Origin: Paraspadella gotoi
Lineage: Eukaryota > Animalia > Chaetognatha
Reading direction: 5' to 3'
Assembly: GCA_051294375.1 (NCBI GenBank)
Contig: CM119265.1
Coordinates: 12,950,124 to 13,014,123 of the forward strand
DNA length: 64,000 bases
The notes under the pieces were generated by a model that searched no databases, was not told the DNA's origin, and worked only from the letters and a program-made list of their open reading frames with translations. Each line of letters starts with the position of its first letter. Position 1 is the stretch's first letter. A program made the translations under genes and the position numbers. This document shows positions 46,801 through 57,900 of this stretch, piece by piece.

Positions 46801-49800
46801 ATTAAGGGGTGAACTTAAGTAATATTTTGCCTGATTAACTGAGCAAAGTGTTACTGAAATTGCCTAGGTAAAGAAATGATTTTTCTTAATTAAGATAAGC
46901 AATTTCTAAATCAAAATATTTTGCTTATATTTATTTTTAAAGATAAATAAAACAATATATTTTCTTTTGTTTTAATTTCGTTCTCAACTATATTTTAAAT
47001 TTGTTTATTACTATATTTTTAAGCCCATAAATACTTTTCCCAGATGGCATGAAATATGAGTATCAGCATTAAGTATGTAAACTACTTGGCTACTACCAGA
47101 CCCAGAACCAATAAAATTATTAAAGAAGATTAATTCATTGATAAATAATTATACTATTGCAACAGCCGGGTTGCCTGTGATGCCCATTGGGATGGGGGCA
47201 TCTCACTGTTGGCTTTGGGGCTTCCGACCCTCAGTGACGCCTCCAGTCACTGGCGCCGGTTACCCTAGGACGGTCTCGCTTTGCCAACGCAGAGGGAAGT
47301 CGTTAGGACTGGATGGAACACTACGCCTGGGATGGTGTGTTCCCCCTCTGAGCCAATGGATTTGGCTGATCGATGGTGGACGTGAGGCGGTGTAAATATA
47401 CCGCCACAGGATCTCCGGGCCAAGACATCACTCAGGTTCCTCAAGCCTGAGAGGTGTCTGACAAGACTGTTACCATAGTGGGAGAGAGAGAGCGCGAGTT
47501 GTGGGGGCATAGGCGTTTGTCGTAGCGTACCCCAGGGGCATAGGCGATTTGTTCGTAGGCGTACCCTGAGAAGGTTGCGTGTTCGATAGTAGGGCTCAGC
47601 ACTTATGGCAACAGCCGAGTTGCCTGTGATCCTCATTGGGATGGGGCATCTCACTGTTGGCTTTGGGGGCTTCCGACCCTCAGTGACGCCTCCAGTCACT
47701 GGCGCTGTTACCCTAGGACGGTCTCGCTTTGCCAACGCAGAGGGAAGTCGTTAGGACTGGATGGAACACTACGCCTGGAATGGTGTGTTCCCCCTCTGAG
47801 CCTATGGATTTGGCTGATCGATGGTGGACGTGAGGTGGTGTGAATATACCGCCACAATACTTAAAAATGTATAAATTTTCGTTTGAGCATGTACTCATAA
47901 ATTTTTGACTCGCCCCATTGTGTGGGACTACCCCTACTAGTACTTTGATCTCCAAGAGATTAAAAGACATTTCATTCTCCAGTTATGAAGAAGTACAAAC
48001 ACGCCAAGGAAGATTTTTATTGTGTCTCCTGGACGACTTTGTCCGTTCCCAATCCAGAAGACGAAAGGAGAGAAAAAATCAACATCCTCGCTGCCGCGGG
48101 CCAGCAGGCAATTATTTATCTTCAATCCTTGATTTACCCAGATTGCAGCAAACCGATAATGTCAATACAATGCTTGCCAAAAACCAATTACTAAGTAATT
48201 GAGTACAATTCTCTAGGGGGACATTAAACTGCTTCAACCGGATCAACTTCTTTGCTACGCTCAAATGAAAGGCCACAAGAAGCACGTAAACTGTTTGCTC
48301 TTCCACCCCCACAATCCTTCCCACCTCTTCTCTGGCGCCAACGACAAAACTGTTATGTTGTGGGACATCGGAATTCCCGTGCTTCCGACGTTTAAAACGA
48401 AGTTCAAAGCGTTGATCAGTTTTCGAGTTCCTGTTTCTGGTCCTTGCGACGTTCTCAATTTGCACTTTCATGACGACAGGTAAAGCATGATCTGGGCAAA
48501 GTGGAAATCTTCAATGAGCAAAAACAGAAGGCAACGCATCAAAGACTGGCGTACTAACTTATTTTTGCTCTACATTAATACCGATTGATGCTAAGGAGCA
48601 CATTTCAAGTGTCACATGAGTTGCTCTGACCGAGGCAATCCACATGGTTTCCATCAGGCACAACTGTTTTCTAATTCTTTAGTTTATTCTATTTGTTTGG
48701 TCGTAGGTACATCGTTGCGTCCACGGAGAGCCATTGCATTATCTGGGATTCGTCAGATGCCGAAACCTGCCGCAAAAGTGTTGGAAAGTCGGCCACGAAA
48801 ACAACGAAAACCCCGAGAAACAGAAAGCATCTCCTCGAACTTGAGCTTCCGTTCATGCACACAACTTCAAGTGTTATGGACGGTTTAGTGGGTAATTGCT
48901 TTACGTAGTTACTTATTGCGGAGTTCCTGTTCAAAATATCCTTAACTATCGAATTATTTATAATTTTGATAACTCTTGCTTACTAAATATTTTTAACTAA
49001 CCTTCCTTTCTTCCTACCCCGTGTCCGTTCGCGAGTGACACCAAAAAAATATTTTCTATACTTTAAATATTTAATAAATATAATTCATAAGTATATCATT
49101 AGTTGGAGAACTACTGGACGTTTTTTATGTACGAGTTTCATTTTGTGTTTAATTCATTTACTATTCTTTGTTTAATTTTTTATCTAACACAGTAAAATTG
49201 GCGAAAAAAGACCATTTTAAGCGTGTTCTTGATTGAATTTTAAAAAAAAATTTTCATCATAAGAAATTCTTATTAATGGTCTAATCAACGGAGTATATGA
49301 ATTATCGTAATGTTGAGTAACTTTTGAGTAATTATTTTTTATTTTTTTAATTTTAAATCTTAAGTTTTTTTTATACAATTTGTCCAATTAAAAAAAAATG
49401 CTGTCCCGAGCATATTCTTGACTGTTTTAAATAATTATTTCATATCTTAAGGATTCCCAGATAATTTTTAATTTAATGGTATAAATGAATTTTACTAATT
49501 TTAATTAATTAATAAGTAATTAATTTTTTTTAAGGATTCAGTTTTTTACTGAAGATGAAATTGGATGACTATTAAAGAAAGGTTGTTTTAATAAGTTAAC
49601 ACAAAATTTTTAATTCTTAATGAAAATTAAAATTATAAACGGTCCAGTACTTTGCTATAGAATAAAAAAAAAAATTTAAAAAATATTCATCAAATGAGAA
49701 ATGGTACGCATTTTTTTTTTGGTGTCACTCGCGAACGGACACGGGGTAGTCTCAGGAACCAAGTACGTACTACATTGATTTAATTTTTCTTTGCAGGCTT

Positions 49801-50506
49801 ATCTAGCAACCTTGTTGCGACGAAATATGTGCAAGACGGATTGATATCATTTTGGAATTTGGATGAGGCAATAGAAAAGAACAAAGAAGAAGAGCGAGCG
49901 TGTGTCGATGCGGTGACACAAGTTAAATGGTTTGTATCCCAGTTCTGAAAGCACTTTCCGCGTTTCCTTCCAAGAGTTGGGAACATTTGAAGCAAAATAC
50001 AAAGATTTATTATTATTTTTATTAATATTGCGCCAATTTCTTAAGGTCGGATACGGATCAACTATATATCAATTTAAATGCCAGCGCCGACGGCGGAATG
50101 CTGCTTGCCGGTGACGACACAGGATCTATCTGGCTCTACAACCTTCGGGGCATGACGCCTTGGGGCGGAAAGGACGAACCCGATTCAGGAAAACTTTATC
50201 AACCTTCGAGAATTATAGAGTGGCCGGAGATTCAAATCAAATCTAATGACATGGGGGATTTGAAAGATCCGCAGGTATTTTACCATTAATTTAATATATT
50301 CCCCCGAGGTTTTTTCAAATTGCTGTGGCGGATTTCCTATGCGGAAATAAAATTCCTACGAAATCTGAAAATGAATTTTAATTACCTTTTTTTAGGCAAA
50401 AAAAGTTATTATTAATCACTTGGCGATCAGTGATGACGAGCAATTCATAGTCGCTTGCACGGATAACAACATTGTTTGCATATGGAAGCAATGCGGAGAA
50501 GAATAG
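43838..50506 (+). CDS. LRWD1: Leucine-rich repeat and WD repeat-containing protein 1 (ORCA)
   Basis: N-terminal LRRs (INLDLSSMQIK, LNLSNNRIREFP, LDLSDNTI), then EPVHFLRCHSFNNDPAD...IWRCAFQP, ATCGGDSICLIDC, ILAAAG, GHKKHVNCLLFHP...LFSGANDKTVMLWDIG, and ending VACTDNNIVCIWK. Confidence 0.93.
44705..44835. repeat. 22-bp minisatellite (TTATCATCGCATCAATAATTCG)x~6
   Basis: Tandem units visible directly. A degenerate inverted relative lies at about 55900-55975. Confidence 0.85.
47208..47288 (-). ncRNA. Type-P5 twister-like motif (downstream LTR)
   Basis: GTTGGC aaa GCGA GA CCG TCCTAGGG T^AA CCGGC GC CAGTGAC..GTCACTG AGGG TCGGAAGC CCC aaa GCCAAC. T1 is CCG/CGG; P2 is imperfect. Confidence 0.72.
47656..47736 (-). 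ncRNA. Type-P5 twister-like motif (upstream LTR)
   Basis: Same layout as 47208-47288 but with P2 5' strand CAGC (two mismatches to GCGA). Confidence 0.68.
49017..49746. mobile_element. Tc1/mariner-type MITE
   Basis: TIRs of about 33 bp (CCCCGTGTCCGTTCGCGAGTGACACCAAAAAAA) flanked by TA on both sides. Confidence 0.88.
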
Positions 50507-51904
50507 GGAAAAAAATTATTTTAGATTAATTTATTAGTTTTAGAAATGTTCAATTTTGATTATTCAATATTTAAAGTTCCATAAAAAGCAGCAAAATTTT
50601 TTTGTCAAAATTCGAATTAGCCTAAGTTGTCCCTTCGTTATTAAGCTGACTTTTCTACCGGAGCGCAGTATGTTACATCTCCTAATCTCCCGATATGCAT
50701 TCTGGTCGATGTAGTTCAAATAGATTTTCCTCCTAACCGTTTTATAAATTTTCGAATTTTGAATGCATTGAATTTTGCAATATTTATGGTTCTGCCATAT
50801 ATACAAAGCGTGAGAACAAAGACGCAGTATATAAGCCTTTAACCCTTACCACTTTTTTCAATTTTGCATGCACATTTTTTTTTCATTATGATCATTATCT
50901 TCATTCATTCCCTTCTGAGCAATTGAACTGTTGGTCGCCATTTATTTATAAAAGCCCTTTTCTTAATTGAATTATACCTTTCTATACTGCTCTGGAATTC
51001 ATTCGTATTCAATATATGTTCATATATTAAATCATAGATAAATGTTGTCTCCACTCGTTGTTGAACCAGTCATTTTTGTTGCGAAAATAAAATAGACTTC
51101 CCCTTTTTCGTAAAGTTAAAAGCATAATTTCAATTAGAAAATTGAGGAAATACGTAATTTGTTGCTTGTACATGACAAGTTCAAGACTGCTTGAGGCAAA
51201 TTGTTAAACTATTGCCATATCTAAAGACTTAAGGGCGTTGTCTTGGGTTAAAATTGGTGTTAGAATTGCTAGGGGCGAACGATGTAGAATCAATAAAATT
51301 AGTTTTTCCCAAAGCCAAACCTATTTTTAACTAGTTCACTAGGCTGCTACCTTTACTACCTTAACCTTACCTTTTGTAGAGCAGCAATTCTTTTATTCAA
51401 AAATAAGCAAGTTTTACGACACCCAAATTTAATGGACAACTTCAAGAAACAATTACTTTCAAATTACTTTCGCCGACCGGTGTTTTAGAATCTTTTAAAA
51501 TTTTTTTAACTAATTACATTACCCCTAAACCCCCCCAACCCCGGTCGGCGAAAGTAAAATTAAGCCATTTTTTTCCTGTTACACAGACCACAAACTGGCA
51601 TTTTTATGATGATCGGTTAAAATGAAGTCAAAAATATTCTTTTTTTTCGTCTCTATTGAACTAAGTACGTACATCATTAGGAAGAAAAATGCAATAATCG
51701 TTCAAGATACATGACGGATATTTTCAATTTTGAGATTTTTTTTAAAGGATAAAATTTAAATCTGCATTTACTGTTGGAATGAAAGCGAGTCAATGAGTGC
51801 AAGCATGCTTGCCTGAACGTAAATTCAACAAGATGCAAAAATTATGATCAAGGCGATATACGTGTTGTGATTTATCAATTTCCGCAATATATTCGACAAA
51901 TCTG

Positions 51905-54900
51905 CTAATGTGTAATAAACTCCCGATGAGTGAAACCTTCTTCGGCAAGTCTGTTCAGCATTGGCCTGAAAAATAAAACAAAAATTAATACTGATTCTGA
52001 ATCTTAATAGACTTACCAGAATTTACCGGTAAATATGTTGCGCCATTGGTACCACCATTCCCTTGTCCTGAATCTCTCCGGTGAGCACCATCTTGGCAGC
52101 TATAGCGCATGGATAGCCAACAGTTTTAGCCATAGCAGAATATCCCCCTTCGTGGTCATCGCCTGAAAAAATACTGCTCTATCTTTTTTTTTCCCAAGAA
52201 TCAATTCACGAATAATAACGAGTAAAAAATATAGGCGAGAAATTAAATACTATTTAATATACAGTTAAATTACTCAGTTACAAACCGTAGCAAACAAAAT
52301 CGAGATGCTTAATTTCCTCCTTTTTGTCGGGCCATTCAACGTGAACGTCGTGGCGCATGATAATGATGTCCCTTTCTCCCTCGTCGTAGTTGAGCCTTCG
52401 CGCCAGAAACGAAGAAAGGCTGTCAAGTGGAGTCCCCTGCTTCTCAATCGGTTCACTGTCAACTAGTCCAAGGTCTTCCACCACCTGAAATACAAGGATA
52501 GCAAGTTGCACTTCAATCCCAAATAATAAATTATAATATAGTACTTAGAAGTAGCTACATAATAACTCCGACTAGTGTACCTTCAGCCGGTCAACGTTTC
52601 CTCCCAGGCGATCCAACAAAGCATCCTTGAGGTTTTCCACAATAATGTCGGGCGGCTTTCCAACAAGATGGCACATGAACTGTTTCCATGTAATCTCGGG
52701 CCCGTTTGGATGTAGTAGGGGGTGAGGTTGAGCGTCAATAAGACCCAGTTGCTGCAGGCCCATTATCGCATTGGCATAACCCTTATATCTGCAAAATATT
52801 TGTACAGAGCTCAAAGCAATGCTTTTCAGAATGCAAATTTATTTATTTATTACCTGAGAGTTCCTCGTATGATCGTGTCAGCGTTCTGTATTCCATATTC
52901 TTCTCCATAAGGAATAGAATTTCGATTCGGAAAACCTTCCAGATTAAAACCCGGCAAGAAATCCATAGATTGGCCACATTCCATAACGGCTCCTCCCCCA
53001 GGAATATCTATGATCTGTTATACAACAAAGATGAGGATTTTATACCAAATAATGAAATATACCTATTAAATCAAATGTGTTTTTAAAAATATATAAAGGA
53101 TTCATATTAGAAAATGCTCTTTCGTTTTTTTGAACCGAGAATCGGTTCCGATCAAACTACTAGACCGACATTGATAAAATTTTGCATGAACTAACTATAG
53201 GCCAATAGAAATGTGACTATCGGGGAGATTTTTAAAATTTGACCTACGACCCGAGATATGGGCCCCAAAGAGGCGAGCTGAGGTGGGAAAAAAACGGACA
53301 ATTTTTTTGCAAATTTTTAATCCCGAACAGTTTTTATTTGTCCAGAAAAGTAAATCTATTATTGTGAAAAAATAATTTTTGCCCGATTTCCAGGATCAAG
53401 AACAAATTGAACATAGGAGGTTTATGCCAGCTTTGGTGAGGAGAGCAAATGTTCAAAACAAGTTTGAGCAAACAATGTCGGATCTCTGCCCACGATCATT
53501 AGCGGTAATTAATTAATTAATTAATACAAACTACCCCGTGTCCGTTCGCGAGTGACACCAAAAAAATCTTTACTATACTTTATATATTTCATATATAATA
53601 TAATATATATATATATATTTCATTTCGTGTTTAATTCAATCCCTATACTTTGTATAATTTTTTATCCAAAACAGTAAAATTAGCGAAAAAATAACATTTT
53701 AAGCATGTTCTTGATTGCATTAAACAAAAATTTTATAATATATAAATTATATCATAAGAAATCCCTATTAATGGTCTAATGAATGGTGTAACGGAATTAA
53801 AGTAATGTTTAGAAATTTTTGAGTAATGATTTTTTATTTATTTTTTTCTTTGTAAATCTTAAGTTTTCTTTGTATAATTCATCCAATTAAAAAAAATGCT
53901 GTCCTGACCATGTTTTTTATTGTCTTGAATAATTATTTTGTATTGTAAGGATTCCCAGTTAATGCTTCATTTAATGGTGTAAATGAACTTCAATTATTTT
54001 AAGTAATTAATTCATAATGATTTTCTTTTTTTTTAATTCTGAAGATTAAATTGGATGACCATTAAGTAAAGGTTATTTTACCTAAGTAAATATAAAATTA
54101 ATTTTATGAAATTAAAATATAATAAACGTTCAGTAAAAATAAGAGAATAATGAGAGAATAAAATTTAAAAATATTCATCCAATGAGGAATGGTAAGCATT
54201 TTTTTTTTTTGGCACTCGCGAACGGACACGGGGTATATAAACTAAAATAATAATTTGATTGGGTAACTTTACTATTCGACGTCCGTAACCAACCTTAGGT
54301 ACCTTTGTTAATCAATTTAATTTGTTTTCCCTCTCGCGTCGAGACTCACTTTGCGCAATAATATTAATTTTTTTTTGTTCAGTAATACAAATTTTATAAT
54401 TTTATAATAAATAATAATTGTTTTAAATTTATTTTAATTGCTATTTTTATGTTTGAGGTAGAAAATGATTTGTCTGTTTACGTACGAGTTTTATAAATAA
54501 ACTAATTTCGGACATGTTTCAGCTTCAATGTAAGCCTTCATCAGAACAAAAACGAATTGATTTGCGAAACAAATATTTTCACAGACTTTCTCTCTCTCTT
54601 CAAACTTCTAAGTCTGTAAAAATATATTTTTTAAAAAATCAATTCTTTTTGCGCTGATTGAGGTTTAAATTGAAGCCGAAACATATCCGAAATATGTTTC
54701 TTAACTCGTTATATTTAAACAAACAGGGAAAGGAAAAACAATATCAGTCGCTCATAAGAAGCGAAAAAAAATAACCGACCGCAAAATCCCGGTCGGCGAA
54801 TGTAAAAATAAGCCATTTGATTAATAAATAATTAATTTGATCCGAAATGTTTTTAGCTCTTTTCATCACTGACCAGTGACCAGTGACCACGACAAAAGCA

Positions 54901-57900
54901 ACGACGACGATGGCGACGACGACAATTATGCCGATAACGATTGACTTGATTTATTGATTGACTAATAAATAAATTGATTGATTGATTGAATAATTAATTG
55001 ATTATTTTTTTAAAAAATACTAATTAAATTTTTTTAAAAATTTTTAACAAAATTATTCATCGCGAATTTCCTTTCGTTTCGTTGTGTTTGAATTAGTAGT
55101 AGAAGTTTGAATTTGTTTATGTACCAATAAAATCGTTGTTGTAAACAAATTCAAACTTCTTCTACTAACAAAATTATTATATTAGTTATAAAAATCCAAA
55201 TTATAAGCATATTTATTAAATGTCTATCATTATCTATCAAGCATAAGCTTAAATTTGAGATCTCTCACAACTTTTTATGATTTTTCATTATCGAATTATT
55301 TATAAAAATTATAATTTTTTATTTATTATTATTTATTTATTTATTAATTAGTACTTCTGAACGAATTATTTTTTAAAAATATGGATACAAATATGCTCTC
55401 AAAATGCAGTTCTACTTATTAGGCCTCGTTAATTAATAATAATTAAATTATAAAAAATTTATTATTAAAAGTTAATTCATTATATTTATTAATATATTTT
55501 ATATTATATATCAAATATTGAATGAAATGAAATTGGTACAACCAATATAATATAATATAATAATGAAATTTTTTAAAAATTTTATTAAATAATAAAAATA
55601 TAATTAGTATTAAATGCTGGATATGAGTTTGAATTAAAGCAATTAGCTAATATAATTACCCGTTATTTTATTTTAGATTAAGTTTTAATTAAGCATATAT
55701 TAAAAAAAATAAAATTAATAATTTTTTAAAATGTCGTTTTAATGCTTAATAAGTAGAATGCATTTTGAGAACATATTTGTACCTATATTTTTAAAAAGTA
55801 ATCCAATTTTAAATACTAATTAATTTTTTAATATCAAAAATTATAATTTTTATTAATAATTCAATAACAAAAATTTGCAGAAAGTTGGTGATGATAACCA
55901 AATGATGGATGCGATGAAAGTCATTCATTGATGCGATGATAGTCATTTATTGACGCGATGAGTCATTCATCGTAAATAAAAAACAAATGTGTTTGAGTGA
56001 GAGAGAGTCAATTAATTATTTTATTAATTAATACATCTTGCATTTACATTTAATATAAAAAGAAAAAGAAGCATAATCAATTAGTGAAACAGGTTTTTTG
56101 TTTTTTCTCTTTAAACTAATTTCCACTCAGACGATTCCATCGAAATTTAATTTCCAGCTCAATCACAGACTTTCCTACCCACATACAAATTTTTAATTCA
56201 ATCGCCCCATATACTCATCAGTAATTGGCGTTAAAAGTTAAGGGGGGGACGAACAAACGGACAGACATCGTTTTTTTTGGCATATTTTATCATTATTTGA
56301 TGTTCTGATTTAAGTCACTTACCGACAAGCTTTTGGGATGGGACATAAGGACCGACAAAGTGAATTATAGAGCCGAGATGTGCTGTGAGATGTCTTTGTC
56401 TAACTTAGACTAAGATTTAATTTGATGTATTGTTCACCTCATTATGTACTTAATTTCAAACAAAAGCATTTTTGATTTTAACACAACAAAAACGTAAAAT
56501 ATTAAATATTTTTATTTTGAACCCTTTATTATTAAATTTAGACCGAATTTTATTCTCATAATTAGCAGAAAAATCTATGATTAATGTAACGAATTTCATG
56601 ATAATATAATAAATATTTTCAGATTAATTGGACGACCAACGTTCTTTCCTCGAATAATTTACCTCACCATTTCTTAAATATCTCGCAGGTGACATCGTAT
56701 TGAGAAGAACGCCTCGAGGAGACCACGAAAATTTGTATCGAAGAGGATTTTCTAGTTTTGAAAAATGTACAAAAACCATTAAAAATTTTCAGATGACATT
56801 TTTGATTGCACCGGCATATGCCTTTGTGTTCTGCTCGTATGTATTGGTAAAGAAACAACAATCGGCGAGTTCAAGATGTTGGCGTTGCGCCGCAGTATCA
56901 CCCTTTTATGGACGGTGGACACATTTCCCGATAAGTATGTATCTACCCAAATCTAAAATATATGGTTGTTCACTAATCTTTAAAGCTTTAACTAAAATAA
57001 GCAAATATGTCTTGAAATATGCCGCACTGACTTTCTGATAACATGCCTTGTTACAGAAGTATAAAGCATATAAACAAAAATTACTTACTGATTCGTTACC
57101 CCGTGAGCCAGAAAGGATGGCACTAATAAAAGCGCTCCCATTCCTCTATGTATTAGATCCTTGTATTTTGATGCTAGTGCGGAGTACATATAGTATTCTC
57201 CGATCTAATACTTCAGGGAGTGGTCTTTTCATACAATTGAAACATTCTTTGAAATATTATACCACTTCATTGATAAGGAAGCCAGGTTCACTGGGAGTGA
57301 ATAAACAAGTCTGTGACAGAGGCTTGATTAAAAGCTTGCAGAAACCCGTTATGTTATTATCTTGCAAGTGTGATGGAGGCCTTAAACCACCAAAGCCTGT
57401 CCAAAGTCAGGGACAAGATAGCTTATTTATTAAATGGAAGGATAATTTTTCTATTGGTTGTACCAATTTCATACATTCAATTAGTTAAAAAAATCATTGA
57501 TGTTTTATATGTATCAAATGACATATTGAAGAGACAGTAATTATTGTTATGTGTTAGTGACAGAACCGTTCAATATAAGCAGTCCCTGAGCTTTGGATCA
57601 GGCTGTAACACCATGTTACAGGCAGGTTAAGCGCCCCGTCCCTCTTAACTGCAAGGCGACCACCGGGCGAGAACCCCGGACCTTTGGGTTGGGAGGCGAA
57701 TGACTTGCCTCCGGCATCAATGGCCGCTGACGAACGGTTGGTGGATTTTAGTCCACCATAATATGATAAATTCAATTTTATGAAGTAGTTTCTAATTTTT
57801 ACTTTGAGCCATCCGTTTAGACTCTCGGGGTACCAGTCTGCCAAGTATTAACAAAAATTAATGAGTTCTTTATAAATTATGCCGATTGGATTTCTGATCA

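Larger units (their letters stand above)
47155..47856 (-). mobile_element. Non-coding LTR-internal-LTR element (TRIM/retrozyme-like) with a twister motif in each LTR
   Basis: Direct repeats 47155-47408 and 47604-47856, a 195-bp internal region, TSD ATAC at 47151-47154 and 47857-47860, and minus-strand termini TGTGGC...GC(C/A)ATA. Confidence 0.88.

Noticed and set aside
47430-47452. Opposite-strand twister in the internal region (CTCAGG TTCCTCAAG CCTGAG)
   Set aside because: Resembles a P4/L4 hairpin, but the loop length is wrong and no U^AA, P2 or GA-T1 partner can be placed.
47581-47603. Primer-binding site after the upstream LTR
   Set aside because: Contains a T-loop-like GTTCGAT at tRNA-like spacing but lacks the TGG complement of CCA, so it is not supported as a PBS.
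47265-47735. 156-aa ORF in the LTR element (and ORFs 11560-11859, 35200-35409, 57554-57844)
   Set aside because: These are chance ORFs in GC-rich structured repeats. Indels between the 47-kb and 11.7-kb copies break frame, and there are no gag, RT or integrase motifs.
57048-57488. 146-aa ORF (and the related 92-aa ORF at 60335-60613)
   Set aside because: Lies across the non-coding ATGAAATTGGTACAACC repeat family inside AASS introns and has no recognisable motif.
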